NCBI GenBank assembly: GCA_951406725.2
Contig: OX597815.1
Span: forward strand, 76,136,001 to 76,200,000
Direction of reading: 5' to 3'
Length of the DNA: 64,000 nucleotides
From: Octopus vulgaris
Taxonomy: Eukaryota
Position 1 is the first letter of the stretch. Each line of letters starts with the position of its first letter. The notes under the pieces are model-generated. The model had not been told where the DNA came from and searched no databases. It saw only the letters and a list, made by a program, of their open reading frames with translations. The position numbers and the translations under genes were made by a program. Shown here in pieces: positions 13,701-25,695 of the stretch.

Positions 13701-15962
13701 GAGACAAATCAACCTCCCAAGTATAGAGGCCATAATGAAATGCATACAATACATCTGTAAAGCAGTTGGCATGAGGAAGGGCATCTAGTTATAGAAGTGC
13801 TACCAAAAATGGAATGTACAAACAAGGTGTGATCTTTGACTCATTTAGGAAGTCATAGCTCTAAATAATGCCAGCATGAAAAGCAGATGTAGAATTTTGA
13901 TGATAATGATGGTTGATTGTATATAAAAACTTTGTTGCGTCAACTGAATATTTCTAGAAAATTGAACTTAGGAATATTTTAGTTTCAGTCTGATAAATAT
14001 TTATTTTGTGGTAACATTAATTGGAATTTTTGCAGCAGTTGAGTTATCACACATCTTGATATAAATTATTAACTCTTCTGCTGTATATTTTTATATTCTT
14101 CATTGTGTCAACTTGTAAGTAGTTATTGCACCTGCAATAGAACTGCACAGAAGTTAATATATTAAAACTCACCAGTTTAAAGAAAATTTTGTATTTGACT
14201 TGTTTCTCTAGCTAGTTGAAAAAGAGGTGCTCCTTTCACTACACTATAAAGTAGCTGGTGTTCAGACTGGAATTCTGCAAAACATTCTCTAACAGTACTT
14301 GCAGACAATAATGTCTGAACTTGTTGAAAAAACTAACCTATATTATTGGGAGAGATTGATGTAAAAATGTTTAAAGATGAATCAGTTTTACTATTAGTAA
14401 ACGTAAACAAATAGTTACAATGGATAGTGAGGTTATCAGCAATAAACTATGTACTATGTACTAAGGTATAGTGTTTCTAGTTGTCCTCATTTTGAAAATC
14501 ATAAAAGAAAAGAGACAAGCAAGGAATTAGGAATAAAAGTGAAGGTGATATGTGTTCATTGACCAATTCATCAGTGTGTGTGTGTGTGTTTTGGAAGTAT
14601 TAAGACTTAGTGGATTCTTGTGTATGGCCAATCAGGTCTTACTGGGTAGGCCATTTTACATGTCATTGCAAAATAAAAAAAAAAAGCATTCAAAAATATG
14701 TTACTTATATTTGCAGTTCTATCTTATCAATGCTAACATGGAAAACTTTAGATTTTTACCTTTTTTATTCTAAGGTTCACTTTTCCACCCACTTTTCTAT
14801 GCCTGGAGCAATAGTAGAAGACACTTGCCCAAGGTGCCTTACAGCAGGACTGAACCTGGAACCATATGGTTGACAAGCAAACCTCTTACTACATAGCCAA
14901 ACTTGCACCTCAAGATGTGAAAATACATTACTAGTTTCATTAAATATTCAGTATTTTCCATATCAGTATGTTTTTTATTTTAGCTTCTATATCACTATAA
15001 TAAATTTTTAATCATATATCTTTTCGTTTGACAAGGTTATTTTCTTTTGAAATGTATTAATATTGATGTTTACTTTTCATTTTCAAAGTATTAAAATATT
15101 TATTGAAAATGAGGCTGTCTTTCAGATAAATGTATGAAGTATAACCATTCTCTTATCTTTAGCTGCTTATCTTAAATAGTCTGTGTATGTTAATGTGTGT
15201 GTGTGTGTGTGTATGTTGGTAAGATGATTGATAAGAATTAGCTCCATAGCTGTATGTGTGGAACCTAATCTTGTTTATAGTGAAACAATCTAGCTATATA
15301 GCCAATCGTTAAAAGAAGGAAATTTAATCCTTCAGCTAATGAATAAATAATTAGGTGACAGTTTGAATTTTCTATGCAGCACAGTCTGAGTTGGTCTCTC
15401 ATGTTTTCAGCAATGTGCAAAAATCTTTTGATTTTTAATTTAAAATAAAGTTAAAGCTATATAAAAGGATTTCTTTTTGCTATTTTTGGATAGTAGAAGA
15501 AAAGAAAGATACTTGTTTATATTTTATCTCATAATTAAAATTTGTTCAACGTTTATTAAATGCATCCGCATATAGTGAAGTAAGATGCAATGATTAGACA
15601 CAGATGTGAATGATGCACACATTGTAAAAGATGTATCCAGGTGTCGGTTTCATTTTACAACTTGATAGTTCGGTACAAGAGTACTTGAAGAGCCATCATA
15701 TATTTTCTTAAAGTAGTCTTTTGGAACAATTTAATTACATATTTAGTTGTAGGATAATTTTTTCCCCCTAAACAGTATTATTTAAATTACTTAGTTTTAA
15801 AAGTTTTCATTCCCTCTTTCATAAGCATAAAATAATTTGATTATAAACATGTTTTTGTGTTAAATATTTTGTCTGTTTATTTTGAGCATTTTAAAAAAAA
15901 TCAGTCATTTAAGCACCAATCAAATCTTGGGGTTGATTTAAACTACTGTATGCCTACCTGTG

Positions 15963-16230
15963 AAGGCATATAGCCTCGTAGTTAGAGTGTTGCATTCCTG
16001 ACTGTAAGATCATGGTTTCATTTCCCAGACTGAGCGGTGTGTTGTCTTGAGCAAAACATTTCATTTCACATTGCTCCAGTCCACTCAGCTGTAAATGAGC
16101 TCCTGCAATAGCTGGGAAGTTAACCCTGTTGTGACTGGTATCCCATTCAAAAGGGTGTGTTGTAATCTCAGTCATTTATTTGCCATGGAAACTGGGTTAA
16201 GTTCCAACCTTTTAAGTCCTAGGGATCATG
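15963..16230 (+). mobile_element. tRNA-derived SINE, family C
   Basis: A/B-box-like head and ttgagcaaaacatttcatttcacattgctccagtccac core, shared with 22478-22640, 46519-46762, 47755-47880 and 61840-62070 (-). Confidence 0.7.
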
Positions 16231-16566
16231 GTAAACTTAAGTATATGCGTCCCATAAATTACGGACCTCTGCCTATGTTAGAAAACATTTTTTGTTCCTA
16301 GAATAATAATAAACTGAGTTTTATTGAGTTTTCATTTTCTTCAAAATTCTGAGATAATAAAATAAGTTAAATATGTTTTAAACCAGCTTCCTGCCACATT
16401 GTTCTCATTTCATATTTAGTTGAAAGGATATTAAAAAATAAGAGAATTCTTCATAATTTAAATCTCATAAATCTGTAGAAACTCTGCCACCACCATGCCA
16501 TGTTAAGAAAGGAAGAGTAATATAAGTTGATACTTTATTACTAAAGGTATAAAAGAAAATTTTTAA

Positions 16567-16774
16567 CCCTTTGATACAACCCACACAAGATCATTTCTAG
16601 TTCTATGATACAAACTTCCTGCTTTAAAAGTGATCTAAATTAAAAACTTCCATCGATAATTTTTTTATTCCTAAATTCAAGTTAACTAATGGAAAAAGTT
16701 GTGTTACTAAATTCTTGGTTTTAAAAATTAATTTAGATAAAGTGTATTTCAACAAAAATATAGTAACAAAAGGG
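16567..16774. mobile_element. Short MITE with CCCTTT/AAAGGG ends in a TTAA-like site (piggyBac-like)
   Basis: ttaa|ccctttgatac...gtaacaaaaggg|ttag; a degraded inverted copy lies at about 46790-47050. Confidence 0.55.
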
Positions 16775-16882
16775 TTAGAATTTTCAGATATTTAATTTAA
16801 AGCGTAAACATTACAAATTATTATTTATTCTGAATTTTTTATTAAAATCGTTTGTGCTAAACTCTAATTCTTTGCTTTTCAG

Positions 16883-17300
16883 AGCCGAGATGAGTCTCCT
16901 CTTGATAGTAAATCACCTCCATTTTCCCCAAAACAGTCTCCACCTACATCTCCTACCAACAGAGTGAAATTAGGCAACATCGGCAAGCAACAAACGGCTC
17001 CGGCGTCTGTTAATACCAGCATGACTACATCAGGGACCAATGTAGCAGCAAATGCAGGGTCTGTTGGACAGGTGACACCAGTAGCTACAGTCTATCCAGC
17101 AATGCCTTCCCAGTTTGTAAGCCCTGCAACTACAACACCTGTAACAAACACAACTGGCAATGTAGTTCCAGGGACAGTAGGTAGCGGAAGTGGTTTGCCT
17201 GGCCTTGTCACTGCTGCTGTTGCTCCATCACCATCCGCGTATACTAACTCGGTGCATGATGTCTCAGGTTGGGCGTCTTTTGAAGACGAAGAAAGTAAAG
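16883..17300 (+). CDS. REPS1: REPS1 exon (SRDESP...SPKQSPPTSP...GWASFEDEESK)
   Basis: gcttttcag acceptor, AAG|gtatga donor, phase 0-1; contains ORF 16964-17311. Confidence 0.9.
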
Positions 17301-17672
17301 GTATGATATAAGTTCTTTTTTCCTTAATACTCAATTCATAAAGTAACAAAGATATGAGATAAATTTTTCCCTGTCAACAATGGATCAACACTCTTTTCTT
17401 AATTCATCATCACTGATATCCTCATCTTTGTTGTTATCATCATCATTATAAAAATAATAATTCTTTCTACTCTATGCACATGGTGTGATATTTTGTGGGA
17501 GGGACCAGTCAATTATATTGACCTTAGTGCTCAACTGGTACTTGATTTATCCACCCTGAAAGGATGAAAGTAAAGTTAGCATTAGCAGAAACTGAACTTG
17601 GAAAGTAAAACTGGAAGAAATACTGCCCAGCATTTTGTTCAATGTGTTCATGATTTTGCCAGCTCACTACCA

Positions 17673-18206
17673 TAATAATAGTAATAATAATAATAATAGT
17701 AATAGTAATAATAATTATAATAGTAATAATAATAGTAATAGTAATAATAATAGTAATAATAATAATAATAGTAATAGTAATAATAATAGTAGTAGTAATA
17801 ATAATAATAATAGTAGTAATAGTAGTAGTAGTAATAATAATAATAGTAGTAATAATAATAATAATAATAATAATAGTAATAATAATAATAATAGTAGTAA
17901 TAATAATAATAATAGTAGTAATAATAATAATAATAATAATAGTAATAATAATAATAATAATAATAGTAGTAGTAATAATAATAATAGTAGTAATAATAAT
18001 AATAGTAGTAATAATAATAATAATAATAGTAGTAATAATAATAATAATAATAGTAATAATAATACTAATAATAATAGTAGTAATAGTAGTAGTAATAATA
18101 ATAGTAGTAATAGTAGTAGTAATAATAATAGTAGTAATAGTAGTAGTAATAATAATAATAGTAGTAGTAGTAGTAATAATAATAATAAAAATGATAATAA
18201 TAATAA
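17673..18206. repeat. (AAT/AGT)n trinucleotide tract
   Basis: Directly visible; gives the poly-N/S ORF. Confidence 0.98.
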
Positions 18207-18437
18207 TCCTCCTCCTTACAACAAGGCCTGAAATTTTGCTTTGACTCCAGTACTCAAGTCGATTACATTGGCCCCACTACTAAACTAGTACTTACTCATC
18301 AACCCTGTAAAGATGAAAGGCAAAATCGACCTTGGCAGAATTTGAATTTAGGACATAAGATGGATGAAATGCCGCTAAATATTTTATCTGTCATACTAAA
18401 GATTTTTTAGCTCACCACCTTAATAATAATGATGATG

Positions 18438-18470
<33 letters not shown>

Positions 18471-18785
18471 TGTTGAGAGAGATTCTTAGAGGTTTGGATA
18501 ATTCACCTTTGGAAACGGGTGGTTCGTTCAACATCCTTAAACAATCCTTATTCAGGGACCTTTTGAGTGAGATGGGCTACTCAACCAGAAGAAAATTCTA
18601 ACTGGGCCCCACCTGCATGGTCATGCGCTGTTTATCTTCATATGAAATCACCATGTCGTGCACATATGGTTGTGATGCATGTGCCTGGTGTACCCTCATC
18701 AGACGGGCAGTCATGATGGCTATATTGGGCTTCATATATTTTACCCCAGTGTCACTTTGATGTCATGCACTGCTCTTTCACTCAA
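18471..18785 (+). mobile_element. Probable 3' fragment of a non-LTR retroelement inserted in (TAA)n
   Basis: GC-richer block with (AAT)n on both sides; no ORF to confirm the clade. Confidence 0.4.
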
Positions 18786-18800
18786 TAATAATAATAATAA

Positions 18801-20028
18801 TATCGAGTTATTAAGAATGACATGTCTGATTTTGAACTGAAAGTTTATTTTACTTTATCTCAACAAAAAGCAATGCAGTTAAAGTATGCAACATAATTTT
18901 GGCATTTTATCAGAAGCTTATTTATGCCAGCAGTGAAGAATTCTGGAGAGCTAGGGGTGATGATATCATGAAAGGCTGTTTTTCATCTTCAGATTTTAAG
19001 TTTTTTCCTTGCAAAATGTTTTCTAATGTCTGGAAAACATGATAGTTAGTTGGTGCAAGGTCTGGTGAATATGGTGAATGACAATACTTCCGGGTTCAGT
19101 TCCTGTAGCTTGAGTAGCATTCTTTGTGCAACATGTGGTCAAGCATTTTCTTGTAAGAGAATTGGCCTGTCTCTTTTGACCAATCTCAGTTGTTTAATTG
19201 CAAGTTCACTCATCATTTCATCCAATTGGTTGATATATACATCCGCTGTAATTGACTTATCAGGTCTTATGAAGCTGTAGTGGATGACACCAGTGCTGGA
19301 CCACCAAACAGACACCGTTAGCTTCTTTTTTGGTGAATATTCTTTTTTGGATTGTGTTATGGCACTTCGTCTCTATCCAACCACCCTGCAGAATGCTTGC
19401 TATTGTTGAAAAGAATCCATTTTTCATCACACATAACAGTATTATGAAAAAATGGTTTGCTTTTGTGCCATGACAGCAAACAACAGCAAGTTTGAAGACA
19501 ACATGTCATTTGATGCATGTTCAGTTCATGTGATACCCACTTGTCCAGCTTCTTTACCTTGCTGATTTGTTTCAGATGGTCCAATACAGTTGGAATCAAA
19601 ACATCAAATCTTGCTGCTTGAGATGTGTCTGCTTCCAATACAATTTCCAGCTCATCATTATCCACCTTGGTCTCAGATCTACCACGGATTGATTTTCAAG
19701 AGTAAAGTCACCATCAGCATATAGTGCGCTCATTTGTCACATCTTCACCAAACACCTCATTGATGTTTCAGGTTGTCTGGGATGCATTGGTTCCATGACA
19801 GAACTCCTATTCATAAACAACACAAATTTTTGATCTATCCATGGGTTCACAAAAATTGATTTACAAGAGAAAACTCACAATATAATCAGACACCATGAAT
19901 TCCATTTTGAAAAATGATGCAACTCTTCAATGTTGTGAAACAAAGAATTGTCAATAAAACATTTGAGTTAATGACTGTCAAACTTGGTACATAAGAAAAT
20001 CAGACATTTCATTCTTAATGACCAGATA
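18801..20028 (-). mobile_element. Degraded full-length mariner element
   Basis: About 33-bp imperfect TIRs; WVSHEL, CDEKW and HSPYSPDLAPTNYHVF motifs on the minus strand. Confidence 0.9.
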
Positions 20029-21097
20029 ATTATATTGATAATAAAAATGATGATGATGATGATGTCTACTTTTCCATGCTTGCAAGGATACACAGGATTA
20101 TGTTAGGGTAGAGTTTTCTGTAGCTGGGTGTCCTTCTGTTTTCAAGTGAGGTAATAATCTGTATCAGACAAACAGCTAGGATGTGGTTTCTTGGAAAACT
20201 GGAAACAAATGACATCTTTTGAATGAGCCTTTTGTTTACAGAAATTGTGCAACATGTCATGACATGTTAAGAAGTTTGGATACTCTTTTGCAATGGGCTG
20301 CAAGGGAATAGCACTGTCAGTGAGAGTATTGTCTATAACCAGCAAACACATGAAGACAAAATGAAATACAAATTCAAGCATGTGCACGCATGCATGCGTG
20401 CACACACACAGAGGGAGAGAGAGAAAGAAATTCTTTTAGTTCCTGACAACCAAATTCACTCACAAGGCTTTGCTTGAGCTTGTGGCTATAGTACTATACA
20501 CTTGCCCAAAGTGCCATGCAGCAGGACAATTGTGATTGCGAAGCAAACTTCTTAACAACGTAGCCAGTGGCACTTTTCTTAAATTTGTTTGATGTGGAAC
20601 TAACATTGAAAATTACAACTTCAACAATTGGTAAAATCATAAACCATACACTGACAAAGAAACTTTTTACTTCTCTTGTCTGTTGGTCATGTGATATGGG
20701 ATGACTAGATTAGCTCATAGTTGTTTGAATTTAGGCCTCATTGAGAAAAATAAGTTTTTCTAAAATTCCAGAAAATCTTTGAAATACCATAGATTTTATA
20801 TCTCAGTAATATGAAACTTAATGTTATAATGTCATACATATTTTAATTTTTTTATCTTAACTGTTGATATATATTTTTTTAAAATTGAACTGATTGTAAT
20901 CTGTTGCATGCAATTGTATTGCAGTAATTTACTCTTGATTTTTCTAAGTGAATTTGATTTATTTTTAAGTAACATGACAAACTAAAAAAAAAAAATTTTT
21001 TTCTGTTTATTTATCAACTATATTTTAATACATTTTAAATACTAAATTATCAGTTCAAATTCTATATGTATTTTGCTTCTCTTCTATTAATCAATAG

Positions 21098-21289
21098 GTC
21101 TATTAGACACTGGAGCCACTGGAGCCAAAATGTCTTGGGAAAATATAGAAAGTCAAGGTGTTGATTCATCATCTATTAGTTCTGAAAATGAAAGTATTGA
21201 TGATGTGTGGACTATATCAAAAGAACAGAGAGAATACTATCTGAAGCAATTCAAAACAATGCAACCCGAAGAAAATGGTGTAATAATAG
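21098..21289 (+). CDS. REPS1: REPS1 exon, start of EH domain 2 (DDVWTISKEQREYYLKQFKTMQP)
   Basis: aatag acceptor, G|gtaaga donor, phase 1-1; EH N-terminal W-x-I...YY...F motif. Confidence 0.95.
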
Positions 21290-21601
21290 GTAAGACATTC
21301 CAAATACATATTTTTTTCAACCCAAGTTAATTATGTTTTAATGAAGTAATTCAAATGTTGCAAACGTATTTGTTTACGATATTTGCAATATTTTAACTAG
21401 TCAATTACACTGACCATCATACTTAACTGGTACTTTACTAACCCTGAGGAAAAATGGAAGGTAAAGCTGACCTTGGTGAAATTTAAATTCAGAATGTAAA
21501 GGGCCAGAAGAAATGTTGCCAAACATTTTGTCCAATACTCTAATGATGCTGCCAGCTTGCTGCTTTAATAATAATAATGATGATGATGGATGATTATGAT
21601 G

Positions 21602-21633
<32 letters not shown>

Positions 21634-22205
21634 TAATAATGATTAATAATCATGTCGTTGTTGTCATCATCATCGTTGTCACTTGCTGCAGCAGCATAGC
21701 TGTACATACATAGGCATCATACAACCTGCCTTTCACTCTGAGGGAGAGGCCTTTTGTTACCAACAAAGATAATGATAATAAAGTGGATTGAGTAGGTGGA
21801 TAAAGTAATGGGATAGGTCAGTCCATCTGCTATTCCAGCATGGATTGAGCAATTCGTCAGGGTCTAAGATAGCTCTTATTGGAATTACACATCATCATCA
21901 TTGTTTTAATGTCCACTTTTCAATGCTTGAAATTCATTGCAATAGATTCTCTACAGATGGATGTCCTTCTCACCAACCTTCACTTGTTTCCAAGCAAGGT
22001 AAATCCTTACAGTGAAGTAGAGTCTCTTGACTAATTATAGTTCTCCCCTGATAGTGAAATAATCATTCCTTAACATTGTTATGACATATATCAAAATACA
22101 TAGCAGCAATGAAAAAAAAATTGTTTTTCAATTTCTATACAGAATAATTTAATTCTCAAATGTTGGTTTCTTAGTTATATTCTTATTTTTGCTTTTGATT
22201 TCTAG

Positions 22206-22269
22206 GAAGTATCGCTAAAGAATTTTTTGAAAAATCCAAGTTGCCTGTTCATGAACTGTCAAAAATTTG
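22206..22269 (+). CDS. REPS1: REPS1 exon, EH domain 2 (GSIAKEFFEKSKLPVHELSKIW)
   Basis: ttctag acceptor, TG|gtaagt donor, phase 1-2; EH consensus S-x-LP...L..IW. Confidence 0.95.
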
Positions 22270-23117
22270 GTAAGTTTAGTTTGGTTTGAGAGGAGACACG
22301 TATCCTATTTACTTTTATGTCTTTTAGAGAGTTCATTTTATAAGATATTAAATTATATTATAGATTCTATTCAATTTCAAGGTGATTTATTGGACATCCT
22401 GCAAGAGGAAAAACAAGACCTGTCAAAGGGTGGAGGAATTCAAAAGAGTCAATAGCTAGTCAATAATATGTATAGTGAAGGCATGTGGCCTAATGGTTGT
22501 AGTTATGCTCTTGTGATTGTGAGATTGTGGTTTCGATTCCCAGACTGGCTGTACATTGTGTTCTTGGCCAGGGTATTTTATTTCACATTGCTCCAGTCCA
22601 CTTAGCTGTAAATGGGTAACCTTGTCATAGATTGGTGTACAAGAGTGAGATGTTGACTTGGGAAAATCACTTGAGCAGCCGTCTCACAAGCTATGTTTTG
22701 TATTCAGCGATTGAAAGGATGAATAGTACTACTTGACTTGTACTGTGAATTCCAACTAGTTGGAGTTGGTTGCTCAACCATGTTGGAAGATGCATGGAAT
22801 ATATCTAGATTAGTTTTGGAGCTGCTAGAAGTGGGAGAGACCCAGAAAACATTCTATATTAGTCTTGAGAAAAATGAACTTCCAAATGTATTGTCAAACA
22901 TTGGGCACTATAAAATGTGCATTTATATGTTATTTTTTTTTTTAGTCAGAATTATTGACTTAAGCCATTTTCAATAATTATTGACTTGAGTCATTGTCAA
23001 TAATCCTGCTTTCTCTAAATAATTTACTATGTAAATTTCTATTAAATATCTATAAAATAGTTTGGTTCTAACAAAGTAGGCTATATTAGTATTGTATAAT
23101 TAATATTACCAAGCTAT

Positions 23118-23335
23118 GAAGGTGGCAAGTTGGCAGAATTGTTAACACACTGGGCAAAATGCTTAGCAGCATTTTGTCTGTCTTCACATTCTGCATTCAA
23201 ATTATTCTGAGGTCAACTTTACCTTTCATTTTTTCAGGGTCGATAAAATAAGTACCAGTTGAGAACTGAGGTTGATAAAATCAACATATCCCCATTCCCA
23301 GAAATTGCTGGCCTTTCACCAAAATTTGAAATCAA
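23118..23335 (+). mobile_element. SINE family B, near full length
   Basis: ggtggcaagttggcagaattgtta head and gtcgataaaataagtaccagtt core. Confidence 0.75.
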
Positions 23336-23475
23336 TATTATCAAGCCTTAGATATTGTATCTGAGCATTTCAGTCAGAAACTCATATTAAACTAAAATGT
23401 AGATTACTGATATTAACTGTTTTGGAAGCACTGCTTCTTTCTTTCTTTTCTGAAATGCTTTGCATTGATTTCATT

Positions 23476-23617
23476 CATCATCATCATCATCATCATTTAG
23501 CGTCCGTTCTCCATGCTAGCATGGGTTGGACGGTTCAACTGGGGTCTGTGAAGCTGGAAGGCTTCATCAGGCCCAGTCAGATCTGGCAGTGCCGTATCTG
23601 ACTGGGCCTGATGAAGC
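23476..23617 (-). mobile_element. RTE-type 3' end fragment with (CAT)n tail and terminal foldback
   Basis: Same 3' end as the LINE at 25696. Similar short copies lie at 1-100, 9060-9180, 9310-9540, 41720-41825, 44664-44802 and 54770-54995. Confidence 0.7.
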
Positions 23618-24588
23618 TTTCACCATCAGACCTACATAGCTTGTGTGGCTAAGTCTACATAAGTTAGCTATCCCAGAAGAAAAGCGGTGTCAAAAATGAT
23701 TTCAGTTTTAATAATGGTAATTTTAATTGCTAACTTCTCTTTTAACATCAAGACACGATTGTCTTAGTTCCACTTCCTCTCTTCAATTTCTATTTTTTTT
23801 AAACTTTCAGTTTTTAAGAATTTTTTCTCTTCACTTTCATTCTTCATTCAAATCATCTAAATACAGTAACTCTGATAAACCAAAGTATGCAGGCTCTAAG
23901 TGTGCATCAGCTGGAAATTTGTTCCTTGAGTGTGTCAAGTTTCAGTTCTGGTTTTAATATTCTACTATATTATATTGATTTCTCCATGAATATCTCCCCA
24001 ACTGTAGGATAAATTATTGATTGTCTTGAAATTTTCAATGGTTTGATGGTTGTTTTCTGTTAATCAATTACTTCTCATTATAACTTTTGCCATCAACTTT
24101 ATTAATTTTAAATTCTTATAGTGTTGTTGTTGTAATTTGAGAAAGTTTTGGCTATTAGTTGTAGCAAGTATAGTAATTACATAGAGAATATCATGTTATC
24201 TAAAAATTTTATGTAGAATGTGAAATGGTTGAGTAGATAAAAGATGAGGAGACAATCAACCACTTGTTTCCAGTGAGCTGTATATTTAATACTGTGCAAG
24301 AATGATAATCTATTTGCAGATGTGGTACATCGCTGTGGAAAATTATCTCTGATAAATAATTATTTATCTAAACCTATCTAACTATCTAATTGCCTATCCA
24401 GTTGATAACATTTACCTTGGCAATAAGCACAAAACTTTGATGAGAATTTATATTCTTTTTGTTTGTCTTAAAATTTTCCCAGAAATGTAAAAAAAAGTTA
24501 AAAAGTGGGAATGTTTTTTTGTGTTGCTGTTATTAATTTTTCAATGTTTCTTTTTAAAATGTTTAGTAAATTATTTATATTTATGCAG

Positions 24589-24734
24589 GCAACTTTCTGA
24601 TTTAAACCGAGATGGTGCACTCTCATTAGATGAATTCTGCATTGCTATGCACCTAGTAGTGTTACGCCGCAATGAAATCGAGTTACCTGATCACTTACCT
24701 GTTTCACTGATGCCCTATTCTACACTGACCAACG
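24589..24734 (+). CDS. REPS1: REPS1 exon, EH domain 2 EF-hand ([23 protein letters not shown]...LPDHLP)
   Basis: tgcag acceptor, G|gtaaaa donor, phase 2-1; canonical D-x-N-x-D-G EF-hand loop. Confidence 0.96.
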
Positions 24735-25520
24735 GTAAAAGTTAGCAGAACTTTTGTATATTCCTTATATTATTGAAGTTATCCAGCAGTTAAATGTACC
24801 TTAAAAAAGTATATCGTTTTAGAGTATTTCATAGAAGTAAACTTTCAGTTATGGTTTTCTACCCTGTTAAAATTTATTTTATGTTAGGCAAGTGCTATAT
24901 ATTCTTTTGTTTCAGTCATTTGACTGGCCAGACTAGGGTACAATCTTCAAGGATTTTTAGTTGATTGTATCAACTCCACAACTCATTCCAGTCACTTATT
25001 TTATCATTTGTGTCCTATAACATAGCAATTTGAAAAACAGAACAACCCTGGTTTTTGTTTTGGCTAGTAAAAACGAGCAGGATATGCATGTGTGCATGCA
25101 CACACACAAATTATCCATAAACTGTACACCCAGCCTGCTAAACTCTGCTAAATACATCATCCAATGATGGTCAATTACTGTTAAATCAGCTGATAGGTTT
25201 AATCTACCACCTAAGGACAAAGACACTCTCTTTAACAAGCTTCACACAGTTTCTATCAAATTAGATTTCATTCACAAGGCTTTGGATAGCCTGAGACTAT
25301 AGTAGAAGACACTTGCTCAAGGTGTTGTGCAAGGAACTGAACCATAAACCACCTAGTTGTGAAACAAGACATGCCTATAAAGTGATTAACTGTAATATTT
25401 CCTAAATACTTCTTTGACTTATTCATTAATTATGCTTGTTAAATTTGCTGTTTTATTCATAATTGCTAACAAATGTTTTCTATTTGCTTGTCTTTTTTCC
25501 CATGCATTAACTTCCACTAG

Positions 25521-25597
25521 ATGAGCCATTTGCTGCTGATCTACCCCCTGGAAGCACTTTGAAAAGATTAACACCTACAACACCACCTAGCAATCAG
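25521..25597 (+). CDS. REPS1: REPS1 exon (DEPFAADLPPGSTLKRLTPTTPPSNQ)
   Basis: ccactag acceptor, CAG|gtaatt donor, phase 1-0. Confidence 0.85.
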
Positions 25598-25695
25598 GTA
25601 ATTTCTGTATACTATGTGAACAAACTCTTCATTGATTGATATATTCCTCAGCTTCATGTGTATAGGAAGTAGATAAAGGTTCAGTTATCAACTTC

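Noticed and set aside
17635-18231. 198-aa Asn/Ser-rich ORF
   Set aside because: Translation of an intronic (AAT/AGT)n tract between SINEs; no splice support.
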